Source of the DNA: Candidatus Latescibacterota bacterium
Lineage (GTDB): Bacteria; Latescibacterota; UBA2968; UBA8231
Assembly: GCA_964291625.2 (NCBI GenBank)
Contig: OZ220089.1
Location: 3,808,001-3,872,000, forward strand
Length of the DNA stretch: 64,000 bases
Direction: 5' to 3'
How positions within the stretch are numbered: the stretch's first letter is position 1; each line of letters starts with the position of its first letter. Shown here in pieces: positions 47,311 through 59,154 of the stretch. The translations under genes and the position numbers were made by a program. Under the pieces are notes generated by a model. The model was not told where the DNA came from and made no database searches. It was given only the letters and a program-made list of their open reading frames with translations.

Positions 47311-48554
47311 GGTTCGAGAGGGAGTGGATCGATTCCGGCCCCAACAAGTCGGAAGAGGAATCGGCCACTCTCTGCTATCTCCAGATCTGGCTTGGGAACA
47401 ACAACACCTGCAGGTTCCTCGATGCAAGGGAGAAGGCAGCCCATGAGTGGCTGCTCATGCCAGCTGTCAACCTTGCCGAAGGCCTGGCGATGGATTGGTG
47501 GAGCATCTTCGGGAAGAGGGACTACGAGCACCGCCTGCTGCTTCACAGACGTGGCTACCTGGTTCCCGATCTTGTTCTTGAATTCGATGGAACCCGATTC
47601 AGGATCTCCAGCAGGGGAGGATCCTGGCCGGAGGAAGTGCATTTCCATCCATGTGATCCGGCGTTCCTTTCCGAAGAAGAGCTCAGATCGACGGTTGGCG
47701 GCTTCATCGAAGACGTCGTGTCCCGTCTTCGGGGAAGGGGTATAGAGGACTGCACAACGGTATCCAGGTGGAGCAGAATACAGGAGTCTCTCGGAGACCC
47801 GGGAGAAACTCTCTTCTGCGAAGCTGCCGGAGCCCTTGAGCTTGACCCCTACTTCATGTCGGAGGCTGATGAGCGATTCATCGAAGGCATGGTCGAGCTC
47901 TTTCGCGACAGGGAATCGTTGGTCGAATTCCTTTCGGGCGTATCGGAGTACTCTTCGAATCGAAGACGGATCAAGGACTGGATGGACCAGATGGATGCCC
48001 GGTCCAGGGAAGAGTCAGAGCTGCCCGGTCTTCCAGGAATCGCTGAACAAGTGAGGGACCACCTGGGGAGTCGTGCAGATCGACCTTGGGCCATCGGATA
48101 TCGTGCGGCCAAGAAGTTCCGTGACCTCTTCCCGGGATCCTGGGTCCCCTCTTTCCGGGACTTGTCCACTTGCTTGGGAGCCCCCGAGTTCGCGGCCGTA
48201 GACTCGGACCCTCTTCCTGGCATCTTCGCCATGGGCTCTGCCGGAGAGGGTTCCCCCCGGGTCCACTTGCGCAAGCGGACCTCTCAGGAGGACCAGAACT
48301 TCGACTTTGCCAGAGCAGTGGGCTACGTAACCTGCTTCCCTGACTCTTCAAGATTCGTGGTCAACAACCTGCATCGATCGAGCCGGCAGGCCGTTACTCG
48401 AGCCTTTGCCGCGGAGTTGCTGGCCCCGGGAGAGATCGTCTCGGACATGCACGAGGAAGGCCATGACACCTACCTCATTGCCGATCGTCTCGGGGTTCCG
48501 ACCCAGGTTGTACAGCACCAGTTGGAGAACAGGCGCCGGATAGCTGCCGCTTAG
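47307..48554 (+). CDS. ImmA/IrrE-like protein lacking HExxH (module B)
   Basis: Colinear with 17314-18744 (RPWAIGY..A, TRAFAAELLAP, IADRLGV..V.HQLEN) but FDFARAVGY replaces TLAHEICH. Confidence 0.8.
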   Translation: MRFEREWIDSGPNKSEEESATLCYLQIWLGNNNTCRFLDAREKAAHEWLLMPAVNLAEGLAMDWWSIFGKRDYEHRLLLHRRGYLVPDLVLEFDGTRFRISSRGGSWPEEVHFHPCDPAFLSEEELRSTVGGFIEDVVSRLRGRGIEDCTTVSRWSRIQESLGDPGETLFCEAAGALELDPYFMSEADERFIEGMVELFRDRESLVEFLSGVSEYSSNRRRIKDWMDQMDARSREESELPGLPGIAEQVRDHLGSRADRPWAIGYRAAKKFRDLFPGSWVPSFRDLSTCLGAPEFAAVDSDPLPGIFAMGSAGEGSPRVHLRKRTSQEDQNFDFARAVGYVTCFPDSSRFVVNNLHRSSRQAVTRAFAAELLAPGEIVSDMHEEGHDTYLIADRLGVPTQVVQHQLENRRRIAAA

Positions 48555-48681
48555 TTCGAGACCGCTCCACTTGGTGCGGCTGCAAGCGCCTATGGCGATC
48601 TCGCAGTAGCTCTCGCAGACCCCGACCCCGACGCCGACGCTGTTTCACCCCCAGGCTCTCGCCCTCCAGGCGGGTACTGCG

Positions 48682-49995
<1,314 letters not shown>

Positions 49996-50092
49996 GGAAG
50001 CAGCTCCTGGCTGGGTGGGGGAGAATCGGCGAGGGGAGCCCCCGCCGCGCACCGAAGCTAGGCCTTCCATCTCATTGCACAAATCGATACTT

Positions 50093-50119
50093 TCTATGTA
50101 AACCATAGACATATTCTAT
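50093..50119. promoter_or_regulatory. LysR-type T-N11-A boxes in the divergent ino1/LysR promoter
   Basis: TCTATG-TAAAC-CATAGA and overlapping ATAG-ACATATT-CTAT palindromes in an AT-rich patch. Confidence 0.65.
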
Positions 50120-50127
50120 CATTAGAG

Positions 50128-51048
50128 ATGAATCTCCAGCACCTCCGCTACTTCCTCGCCGCCGCCCGGGGCGGGGGCTTCACCCAGGCCGCCCGCGCCC
50201 TGCACGTGACCCAGCCCACCGTCTCCAGCGCCATCGCCGAGCTGGAGCAGTCCCTGGGGGTGCGCCTCTTTCACCGCGGCCGGCAGGTGGAGCTGACCGC
50301 CGAGGGCCGCCGCCTCGTGGACTTCGCGGTGCGCATCGAGGACCTCGTCGACGAGGCCCGGGAGAGCGTCGGCGTCGGCGAGCCGACGACGGGCGACGGT
50401 TTCCGCTTCGGCGCCATCGACGCCGCCGTCATCTACCTGCTGCCGGAGGTGCTGCGGGGCTTCGTGGCCGCCCACCCGGGGGTGGAGCTGGCCATCGAGG
50501 TGGGGCCCTCCTCCCGCCACCTGGTGGAGGAGGTGCTGGCCAACCGCTCGGAGTTCGCCGTCATCTCCCTGCCCTTCGAGGACCCGCGGCTGTGCACCCT
50601 GCCCGTGCTGCGCGACGAGATGCCCCTCGTGGTCGGCGCCGGGCATCCCCTGGCGGGGCGCCGGCGGATCTCCCTGGAGCAGGTGGCGCGCGAGCCCCTG
50701 ATCCTGTTCCCGCCGGGGTCGGTGTCGCGCCGTATCGTCGACGAGGGCCTGGCCGAGGCCGGGGTGGCGCCGCGGGCGGCGATGGAGATGGGCAGCCCCG
50801 AGGCGATGCGCAAGCTGGTGGAGGCCGGCATCGGCATCTCCTTCCTGCCGCGCCTGGCCGTGGCCGAGTCGCTGGGAAGCGGCGCCCTGCGCGAGGTCCG
50901 GGTCACCGGGCTGACCTTGTCGCGGTGGATCGGGCTCGCCTGGCGCCGGGGCCGCTGGTTCGGGCCCGCCGTCCGCGCCCTGGTGGAGGCGTTTCTCGAG
51001 GTTCACGGACTGGTCGGCGACTGGCGCTCCGCCGCGGTCGAGGCCTGA
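50128..51048 (+). CDS. LysR family transcriptional regulator
   Basis: LRYFLAAA..GFTQAARALHVTQPTVS..LEQSLGVRLFHR..LTAEG; substrate-binding domain GIGISFLP. Confidence 0.95.
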   Translation: MNLQHLRYFLAAARGGGFTQAARALHVTQPTVSSAIAELEQSLGVRLFHRGRQVELTAEGRRLVDFAVRIEDLVDEARESVGVGEPTTGDGFRFGAIDAAVIYLLPEVLRGFVAAHPGVELAIEVGPSSRHLVEEVLANRSEFAVISLPFEDPRLCTLPVLRDEMPLVVGAGHPLAGRRRISLEQVAREPLILFPPGSVSRRIVDEGLAEAGVAPRAAMEMGSPEAMRKLVEAGIGISFLPRLAVAESLGSGALREVRVTGLTLSRWIGLAWRRGRWFGPAVRALVEAFLEVHGLVGDWRSAAVEA

Positions 51049-51090
51049 CGGAGGCGCCCTCTCGCCTCGGAACGGCCTGCCGCAGGCGCC

Positions 51091-51666
51091 TCAGCGGGAA
51101 TCGGCAGCGGCAGGGCCGGTGCCACGCGCGGGCAGGTCCAGCCGCAGGGTCGGCCCATCCACCCGCGCCGCCACCTCCGAAGACCCGGCGGTCTCCGCCT
51201 CCAGCAAGGCGCCGGCGTCCTCCACCAGCGCCGCCACGTCGGCGCCGAGAAAGACCGGGTGCCGGGCGGCCACGCCCCGCAGCCGCCCACGGCTGCGCCG
51301 CCACAGCCGCCGCCGCCCGCGGGGGTTGCCGGCGTGCCACTTGATCAGCGCCGCCGCCAGCTGGATCAGCCCCTGCAGGTAGGTCCGCGTGGTCTCGTCC
51401 TCGGTGGCCCGCCAGGCCGCCTCCCACCACTCGTGGGACTCCCACCAGTAGGCGTGGTTGAACAGGTCCGCGCCGAAGAGGTAGGCGGGATGGGCGCTCC
51501 AGTTGGCATCGGTCAGGGGCCCGCTGGCCGGCTCGGGCCCGCCGTGGCCGTGGCCGCGGGGGTCGGTGCGCGGGTGGGGGGTCACGCCGGGCTCGTGGCG
51601 GTACGGCGGGAAGGGTGGACCGGGCGCGTAGCGGCCGATGCCCGGGTCGAAGGGGCGCGGCGGCAC
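51091..51666 (-). CDS. DUF309 domain protein
   Basis: GADLFNHAYWWESHEWWEAAW, LQGLIQLAAA. Confidence 0.85.
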   Translation of the reverse strand: MPPRPFDPGIGRYAPGPPFPPYRHEPGVTPHPRTDPRGHGHGGPEPASGPLTDANWSAHPAYLFGADLFNHAYWWESHEWWEAAWRATEDETTRTYLQGLIQLAAALIKWHAGNPRGRRRLWRRSRGRLRGVAARHPVFLGADVAALVEDAGALLEAETAGSSEVAARVDGPTLRLDLPARGTGPAAADSR

Positions 51667-51675
51667 CCTGGCGCC

Positions 51676-52740
<1,065 letters not shown>

Positions 52741-52775
52741 CGGCTTGATAAGCTACGGACCGGTGCGGACCGAGG

Positions 52776-53084
52776 CTACAGAAGGGAGCCCTTGTCGGTG
52801 ACCTTGTCCATGACGCGCACCTCCCGGCGGCGGATCATGGGCCGCAGGTCGTCGACGATGCGCAGCCACTCCGGGCTGTTGTAGTAGGCGTCGATCGCCT
52901 CGTCCCGCGCCTTGCGGCCGGGGAAGGCGCGCATCCAGGCGAACTCGTCCTCGCGGTCGGTCTCCCAGGCGGCGACGAAGGTGACGCCGTACTTCTTCAT
53001 GAACCGGCGGGCGCGGCGGAACTGGCGCACGAAGGCGGGCCTCTGGCCGGGGTGCAGGCGGTAGATGCGCAGCTCGTAGATCAT
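52776..53084 (-). CDS. NIPSNAP family protein
   Basis: MIYELRIYRLHPG, AYYNSPEW; ATGA coupling. Confidence 0.82.
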   Translation of the reverse strand: MIYELRIYRLHPGQRPAFVRQFRRARRFMKKYGVTFVAAWETDREDEFAWMRAFPGRKARDEAIDAYYNSPEWLRIVDDLRPMIRRREVRVMDKVTDKGSLL

Positions 53085-53668
53085 GGGGCCTCTCTCCTCG
53101 GGTGCAGGCCGGAGGGGGTGGCGACGGCGTCGACGGCGACATCGTGGTCCTCGGTGGGGACCCGGTCGACGAAGAGCTCGTCGTAAATCAGACCGATCCT
53201 CTCGCCGCCGGCCAGCCCGGCGAGAAAGCGGTCGTACCAGCCGCCGCCGCGGCCGATGCGGCCTCCCCGCCGGTCGAAGAGCAGGCCCGGCACGAGGACG
53301 AGGTCCGCGGCGGGCTCGACGAACCGCGGACTCCGCGGCTGCAGCAGGCCCAGGGGGCCGCGGGAGAGCTCTCCGGGGCTGCCGATCTCGGCGTGGCGCA
53401 GCGACTCCCGGCGGCCGGCCACGACCGGCACGAGAACGCGCTTGCCCTGGGCCCGGGCGGCGCCGATGAGGGCGTGGGTGTCGATCTCCCCGGGGAGGCT
53501 GCCGACGTAGGTGTGCAGCGTCCGCGCGCGGGTCCAGGCGGGGGACTCGAGGACCCACCGGGTGATGCGCGCGCTCGCGGCGGCCCGGCGCCCGGGGGAC
53601 AGCTCTCCGAGAAGCCGGAGGGCCTCGCCGCGCCGGCGCGCCTTCTGCAGCGGGATCGGGTCGGTCAT
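53081..53668 (-). CDS. ygfA: 5-formyltetrahydrofolate cyclo-ligase
   Basis: EIDT, GKRVLVP, DLVLVPGLLFDRRGGRIGRGGGWYDRFL, EDHDVAVD. Confidence 0.92.
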   Translation of the reverse strand: MTDPIPLQKARRRGEALRLLGELSPGRRAAASARITRWVLESPAWTRARTLHTYVGSLPGEIDTHALIGAARAQGKRVLVPVVAGRRESLRHAEIGSPGELSRGPLGLLQPRSPRFVEPAADLVLVPGLLFDRRGGRIGRGGGWYDRFLAGLAGGERIGLIYDELFVDRVPTEDHDVAVDAVATPSGLHPRREAP

Positions 53669-53782
53669 GGCGGGGGATGCAAGAGCCGTCCCCGACCGGC
53701 TGTCAACCGCCATGTGGACGCCCCGGCGGCCAATCGGTAGATTCGATAACTTCTTTGCAGCCAATCGATTGAACGAATCCCC

Positions 53783-54553
53783 ATGACCGTCAGCGCACGT
53801 CCCGCCGCGGCCCAGAGCCCCGACGACGCCGACCTCCAGCGGCGCCTGGGGGAGTCGGGGCCGCTGCCCCGGCACGTGGCCATCATCATGGACGGCGACC
53901 GGCGCTGGGCCAAGGAACGGGGCCTCAAGCTCACCGAGGGCCACCGCCACGGCCGCGAGTCGGTGCGCGACATCGTGCGCGCCTGCGGCCAGCTGGAGAT
54001 CGAGGTCCTCACCCTCTACACCTTCTCCAGCGAGAACTGGAACCGGCCGCGCCACGAGGTGCGCGCCCTCATGCACTGGCTCGAGGAGTCGCTGCGCCAG
54101 GAGACGCCGGAGCTGCACGACAACCGGGTGCGCCTCAACGCCGTGGGCCGTCTCGAGGGCCTGCCCGCCCGGGTCCGCAAGGCCCTCGACGACGCCCTCG
54201 CCGAGACCGCCGGCAACACCGGCCTGGTCCTCAACCTGGCCCTCAACTACGGCGGCCGCGCCGAGCTCGTCGACGCCTGCCGCGAGCTGGCCCGGCGGGT
54301 GCGCGACGGCTCTCTCGACCCCGGCGAGATCGATGAGGCGGCCCTCGGCGGGGCGCTCTACACCGGCGGCCTGCCCGACCCCGACCTGCTGATCCGCTGC
54401 AGCGGCGAGATGCGGCTGAGCAACTTCCTCCCCTGGCAGATGGTCTACACCGAGATCTGGTTCACCCCCGTGTTCTGGCCCGACTTCCGGCGCCACCACC
54501 TGTACGAGGCGATTCGCGCCTTCCAGCAGCGGCAGCGGCGCTTCGGCGTGTGA
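53783..54553 (+). CDS. uppS: Undecaprenyl diphosphate synthase (cis-prenyltransferase)
   Basis: PRHVAIIMDG.RRWA, LYTFSSENWNRP, ALNYGGR, DPDLLIR.SGEMRLSNF..WQ, WPDF. Confidence 0.96.
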   Translation: MTVSARPAAAQSPDDADLQRRLGESGPLPRHVAIIMDGDRRWAKERGLKLTEGHRHGRESVRDIVRACGQLEIEVLTLYTFSSENWNRPRHEVRALMHWLEESLRQETPELHDNRVRLNAVGRLEGLPARVRKALDDALAETAGNTGLVLNLALNYGGRAELVDACRELARRVRDGSLDPGEIDEAALGGALYTGGLPDPDLLIRCSGEMRLSNFLPWQMVYTEIWFTPVFWPDFRRHHLYEAIRAFQQRQRRFGV

Positions 54554-54556
54554 TCG

Positions 54557-55369
54557 GTGAGCGCCGAGGACCGTTCCCTGGGGCGCCGCTCGCTGTCGGC
54601 GTGCGTCTTCGTACCCGCCGTCCTGGCGGCCCTGTGGGCGGGGGGCTGGGCCCTCTTCTCCCTGGTGGTCCTGGTCGTCGGCCGCGGCACCTGGGAGCTG
54701 CTGCACATGGCCAGCCGCGCCGGGCACCGGCCCGCCGTCGCCGCGGGTGTCGCCGTGGCCCTCGCCTGGTGCCTCTACCTGCAGGTGCGCGGCGCCGACG
54801 CGGGGCTGGTCCTGCTGCTGATGGCCGCCGTCGTCCTGGCCCTGGGCGCGGCCCTGCGCCGGGGCGTGGAGGGTTTCCTCGCCAACACCCTGATCACCCT
54901 CGGGGGGCTGCTCTACGTGGCCGTCCTGGGGGCGGCGCCGCTGCTGCTGGCGCCGCGCCTCGGGGACGAGGCGGGCTGGATGATGATCGCCCTCTTCGCC
55001 TGCATCTGGCTCACCGACACCGCCGCCTACCTGGGCGGCCGGCGATGGGGCCGGCGGCGGCTGGCGCCGACGATCAGCCCGGGCAAGACGGTGGCCGGCT
55101 TCGTCTGCGGACTCGCCGGCGGCCTGGTGCCGCTGCTGCTGTGGCCGCAACTGCCCACGTGGTCGCTGACGGAGCTGGCCGGCCTGTTCCTCCTCGTCTC
55201 CCTCGGCGGGCAGGCCGGTGACGTCGTGGAGTCGGCGATCAAGCGCGATCTCGGCGTCAAGGACGCGCCGGTCCTGATCCCCGGACACGGCGGCATGCTC
55301 GACCGCTTCGACTCCTACCTCTTCGCCTTCCCCCTCGCCTACGTCTACACCGTCGTCTTCAGGAGCTGA
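54557..55369 (+). CDS. cdsA: Phosphatidate cytidylyltransferase
   Basis: DTAAYLGG, ISPGKT, GDVVESAIKR..GVKD..IPGHGGMLDRFDS. Confidence 0.95.
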   Translation: MSAEDRSLGRRSLSACVFVPAVLAALWAGGWALFSLVVLVVGRGTWELLHMASRAGHRPAVAAGVAVALAWCLYLQVRGADAGLVLLLMAAVVLALGAALRRGVEGFLANTLITLGGLLYVAVLGAAPLLLAPRLGDEAGWMMIALFACIWLTDTAAYLGGRRWGRRRLAPTISPGKTVAGFVCGLAGGLVPLLLWPQLPTWSLTELAGLFLLVSLGGQAGDVVESAIKRDLGVKDAPVLIPGHGGMLDRFDSYLFAFPLAYVYTVVFRS

Positions 55370-55377
55370 CTCTCCCC

Positions 55378-56703
55378 GTGCTCGGATCGATCCTCGACGT
55401 ACTCATCGGCCTCTCCTGGTTCCTCATCGCCCTCGGCGTCCTGGTCTTCGTCCACGAGCTCGGCCACTTCCTGGTGGCCAAGCGCGCCGGCATCCGCGTC
55501 GAGCGGTTCTCCCTCGGCTACCCGCCGAAGATGGTCGGCTTCACCTGGGGGGAGACGGAGTACTGCATCTCCTGGATCCCCTTCGGCGGCTACGTGAAGG
55601 TGGCGGGCATGGCCGACGTCGGCTCCGACGAAACCCGGGGCGAGCCCTGGGAGTTCCCCTCCAAGTCGCTGCCGGTGCGCATGGCGGTGATCGCCGCCGG
55701 CCCGCTGATGAACTTCGTCTTCGCCTTCGCCGTCTTCGTCGTCGTCTACGGCGGCTTCGGCATGGAGACGGTGGAGTCGACCCTCATCGATCCCGCCGAG
55801 GGCTCGGTGGCCGAGGCCGCCGGCCTGCGCCACGCCGACGTCATCCGCGCCGTCGACGGCAAGGCGGTGAGCAACGCCCACGAGCTGGTGGAGGGGCTGA
55901 AGCGGGCCTCCATCTCCGGCGCCGTGCTCTCCGTCGAGCGCGGCGGCGACCGGGTCGACGTGGAACTGCCGCCCGAGCCGGGCGGCGCCTACGGCCTGAC
56001 CGTGATGCTGCCGCCGCGGGTGGGCAGCACCGACCCCGGGACCCCGGCCGACGAGCTCGGCCTGCAGCGGGGCGACCTGATCACCGCCGTCGACGGCCAG
56101 CCGGTGGCCACCTGGTCGGCCATGCGCGAGGTGATCAGCGTCCACCCCGGCGAGGCGGTCGAGCTGCGGTGGCAGCGCGGCGGACGCGCCATGACCGCCA
56201 CCATCACCCCCGAGGAGCGCCTGGAGGGCGACAGGCCCATCGGCATCATCGGCATCCGCCACCACCAGTCGGGGTCGGTGAGCATCGGCTGGTGGCAGGC
56301 GGTGAAGATCGGCGCCTACAGCGTCTACTCGTCGTCGTCGCTGATCCTCGACTTCCTCGGCAGCATCTTCGAGGACCGGCGCTACAAGGAGCTCGGCGGC
56401 CCGATCCGCATCGCCATCATGGCCGACGACACCGCCGACATGGGGCTGCGCTACTTCCTGCAGTTCCTCGCCCTCCTCAGCGTCAACCTCGCCGTCCTCA
56501 ACCTCCTGCCCATTCCCGTCCTCGACGGCGGCCACCTCACCTTCCTCACCCTGGAGGCGATCCTGCGGCGCCCGCCCTCGGTGCGCCAGCGGGAGGTGGC
56601 CCAGCAGGTCGGCCTGGTGATCATCCTCTTCATCATGGTCATGGTCACCTTCAACGACCTCAACCAGTTCGTCCTCAACCCCGTCCTGGAACTCTTCCAG
56701 TAG
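55378..56703 (+). CDS. rseP: RIP metalloprotease RseP (two PDZ domains)
   Basis: HELGH, GGYVK, AGPLMN, NLLPIPVLDGGH. Confidence 0.96.
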   Translation: MLGSILDVLIGLSWFLIALGVLVFVHELGHFLVAKRAGIRVERFSLGYPPKMVGFTWGETEYCISWIPFGGYVKVAGMADVGSDETRGEPWEFPSKSLPVRMAVIAAGPLMNFVFAFAVFVVVYGGFGMETVESTLIDPAEGSVAEAAGLRHADVIRAVDGKAVSNAHELVEGLKRASISGAVLSVERGGDRVDVELPPEPGGAYGLTVMLPPRVGSTDPGTPADELGLQRGDLITAVDGQPVATWSAMREVISVHPGEAVELRWQRGGRAMTATITPEERLEGDRPIGIIGIRHHQSGSVSIGWWQAVKIGAYSVYSSSSLILDFLGSIFEDRRYKELGGPIRIAIMADDTADMGLRYFLQFLALLSVNLAVLNLLPIPVLDGGHLTFLTLEAILRRPPSVRQREVAQQVGLVIILFIMVMVTFNDLNQFVLNPVLELFQ

Positions 56704-56719
56704 CCTCGCGGGGCCGGGT

Positions 56720-57865
56720 GTGTCCGATCGGCAGGCGCTGACCCGGTTCGCCCGCCAGGAGGCGGAGCGCCAGGGCTTCGGCCTCTTCGGGGTGACCCCG
56801 GCCGATCCCCTCGCCGGCGCCGGGTTCTACGCGCGCTGGCTGGCCCTCGGCTTCGCCGGCCGCATGTCCTGGCTCGAGCGCAACGTCGAGAGCCGGGCCG
56901 ACCCCCGGCAGCGGGTGCCGGGGGCGCGCAGCGTCATCTGCCTCGGCATGCACTACGATCCCCCCGCCGCCGCGCAGGAGCCGGAGCCGGCCCCCGGACG
57001 GCCGCGGGGCCGGATCGCGCGCTACGCCCGGGGCGACGACTACCACGGCCTGATCGAGAGCCGCCTCAAGGGCCTGTGGGAGGCGCTGCGGGTGCGCGCC
57101 GGCGCCGGCGAGGGGCGCTGGTCGGTGGACACGGCGCCGGTCCTCGAGCGCGAGCTGGCCGCCCGCGCCGGCCTCGGCTGGTGGGGCAAGAACACCTGCC
57201 TCATCAACCGCCGCGGCGGCTCGTACTTCTTCCTCGCCGAGATCGTCACCACCCTCGAGCTGACCTTCGACGAGCCGGAGGTCGACCACTGCGGCTCCTG
57301 CACCCTGTGCCTGGAGGCCTGCCCCACCGGCGCCTTCCCCGAGCCCTACGTCCTCGACGCACGGCGCTGCATCTCCTACCTGACGATCGAGCTGAAGGAG
57401 GCGATTCCGCGGGACCTGCGCGACGGCGTCGGCGACTGGGTCCTCGGCTGCGACATCTGCCAGGAGGTCTGCCCGTGGAACCGCCGCGCCGAGGCCACGG
57501 AGGAGGAGGCCTTCCACCCGCGGCCGGGGCTCGACCCGGTGGACCTCGTGGAGCTGCTGGACATGGACCGGGAGGCCTTCAACGAGCGCTTCCGCCGCAA
57601 CCCGGCCAAGCGCCCCAAGCGCCGCGGCATGCTGCGCAACGCCGCCGTCGGCCTGGGCAACGCCGGCGACCGCCGGGTGGTGCCGCACCTGGCGCGGGCC
57701 CTGGCGCGGGAGCAGGAGCCCCTGGTGCGGGCCCACGCGGCCTGGGCCCTGGGCAAGCTGGGCGGCGAGGAGGCGAGGCAGGCGCTGCGGGATGCGCGGG
57801 AGCGCGAGACCGACGCCGAGGTGCTGGAGGAGATCGAGGCGGCCCTGGCGGCGTGGGCCGCCTGA
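56720..57865 (+). CDS. queG: Epoxyqueuosine reductase with C-terminal HEAT repeats
   Basis: IARYARGDDYH, DTAPVLERE, CGSCTLCLEACPT, CISYLTIE, GCDICQEVCPWN. Confidence 0.95.
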   Translation: MSDRQALTRFARQEAERQGFGLFGVTPADPLAGAGFYARWLALGFAGRMSWLERNVESRADPRQRVPGARSVICLGMHYDPPAAAQEPEPAPGRPRGRIARYARGDDYHGLIESRLKGLWEALRVRAGAGEGRWSVDTAPVLERELAARAGLGWWGKNTCLINRRGGSYFFLAEIVTTLELTFDEPEVDHCGSCTLCLEACPTGAFPEPYVLDARRCISYLTIELKEAIPRDLRDGVGDWVLGCDICQEVCPWNRRAEATEEEAFHPRPGLDPVDLVELLDMDREAFNERFRRNPAKRPKRRGMLRNAAVGLGNAGDRRVVPHLARALAREQEPLVRAHAAWALGKLGGEEARQALRDARERETDAEVLEEIEAALAAWAA

Positions 57866-57872
57866 TCCCGCG

Positions 57873-59154
57873 TCAGCTCCTCACCACCGTGTCCACTTCC
57901 GCCTCCCCCTCGGAGCGGGCGATGACGGCGGCGCCGCAGGAGTCGCTGAAGACGTTGACCACGGTGCGGTACATGTCCAGGGGCCGGTCGATGGCGAGCA
58001 TGGCCCCCACGATGAGGGCCACCTGCGGCCCCGTGAGGTTCACCGTCTCGAGGACGACGAAGATCACCACCAGGCCGGCCGAGGGCACCGCCGCGGCGCC
58101 GATGGAGGCGAGCAGGGCGGTGACCACGATCAGCGCCTGTTGCTCCAGGCCCATGGCCACCCCCATCACCTGGGCGATGAACAGCACCCCGGCGCACTGG
58201 TAGAGGGCGGTGCCGTCCATGTTGACGGTGGCCCCCATGGGCAGCACGAAGGGTCACGCGGTTGGAGACGCCGACCTTGTTCCGCACGGCGTCGATCGTC
58301 ACCGGCAGGGTCGCCCCCGAGGAGCTGGTGGAGAAGGCCATGCACATGGGCTGCACCATGTTGCGGAAGTGGGTCCGCGGATCGATGCCGCCGAGGCACC
58401 GCAGCACCAGGGGCAGGACGACGAAGAGGTGGAAGGTCAGCCCCAGGCACAGGACCAGGGCGTAGAGACCCAGGGCCTTGAAGGAGCCCGGTCCCGTGGT
58501 CCCCACGAGGGTGAGGATGAGGGAGAACACGCCGATGGGCGCCACCCAGCGGATGATCCCCGAGGTGAGGCGCATCATCGCCTGGAAGGCCGAGGCGGCG
58601 AGGTCCGCCAGGGGGTCGCGGTGGCGGGGCGGCAGGCCGGCGATGCTGAGGCCCACGAGGATGGCGAAGAAGATGATGGAGAGCATCTTCGCCTCGGAGG
58701 CGGCGTCGACGATGTTGACGGGGACGATGTCGAGGAGGAGGTCGACGGGGGAGGTCACCACCGTGAGGTCGGGGAGCTGCCGGGTCTCGGCGGCCCCGAG
58801 GTCGGCGCCGGCGCCGGGCCTGACCAGGTTGACCAGGACCAGCCCGGTGAGGACGGCGAGGAAGCTGGTGGCCAGGTAGTAGCCCAGGGTCTTGCCGAAG
58901 AGCCGCCCGAGGCCGGCGCCGCCCACCGAGGCGACGCCGGAGATGATGGAGGCCAGGACCAGCGGCACGATGACCATCTTGAGCAGCTTGATGAAGAGCT
59001 GCCCGATCCACCCCAGTTCCGCGGCCAGGGCCTCGCCCCCGGCAAGCCCGGCGAGGGTCCCCAGGACCATGGCCAGGGCCACCTGCCAGTGCAGCCGGCG
59101 GTACCAGGCCGGCGCCGCCGCCGAGGCCGCGGGGGGTGCCTCGGGGGCGGTCAA
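57873..59154 (-). CDS. Dicarboxylate/amino acid:cation symporter (DAACS); frameshift near 58252
   Basis: FIKLLKMVIVPLV, APIGVF, AFSTSSSGATLP; second frame LPMGATVNMDGTALY, AIDRPLDMYRTVVNV. Confidence 0.9.

Noticed and set aside
48617-48641. GACCCC/GACGCC short tandem repeat
   Set aside because: Four imperfect hexamers in GC-rich intergenic DNA; no evident function.
53669-53782. 6S RNA upstream of 5-formyl-THF cyclo-ligase
   Set aside because: The spacer is only ~115 nt and looks like a divergent promoter; too short for 6S RNA.
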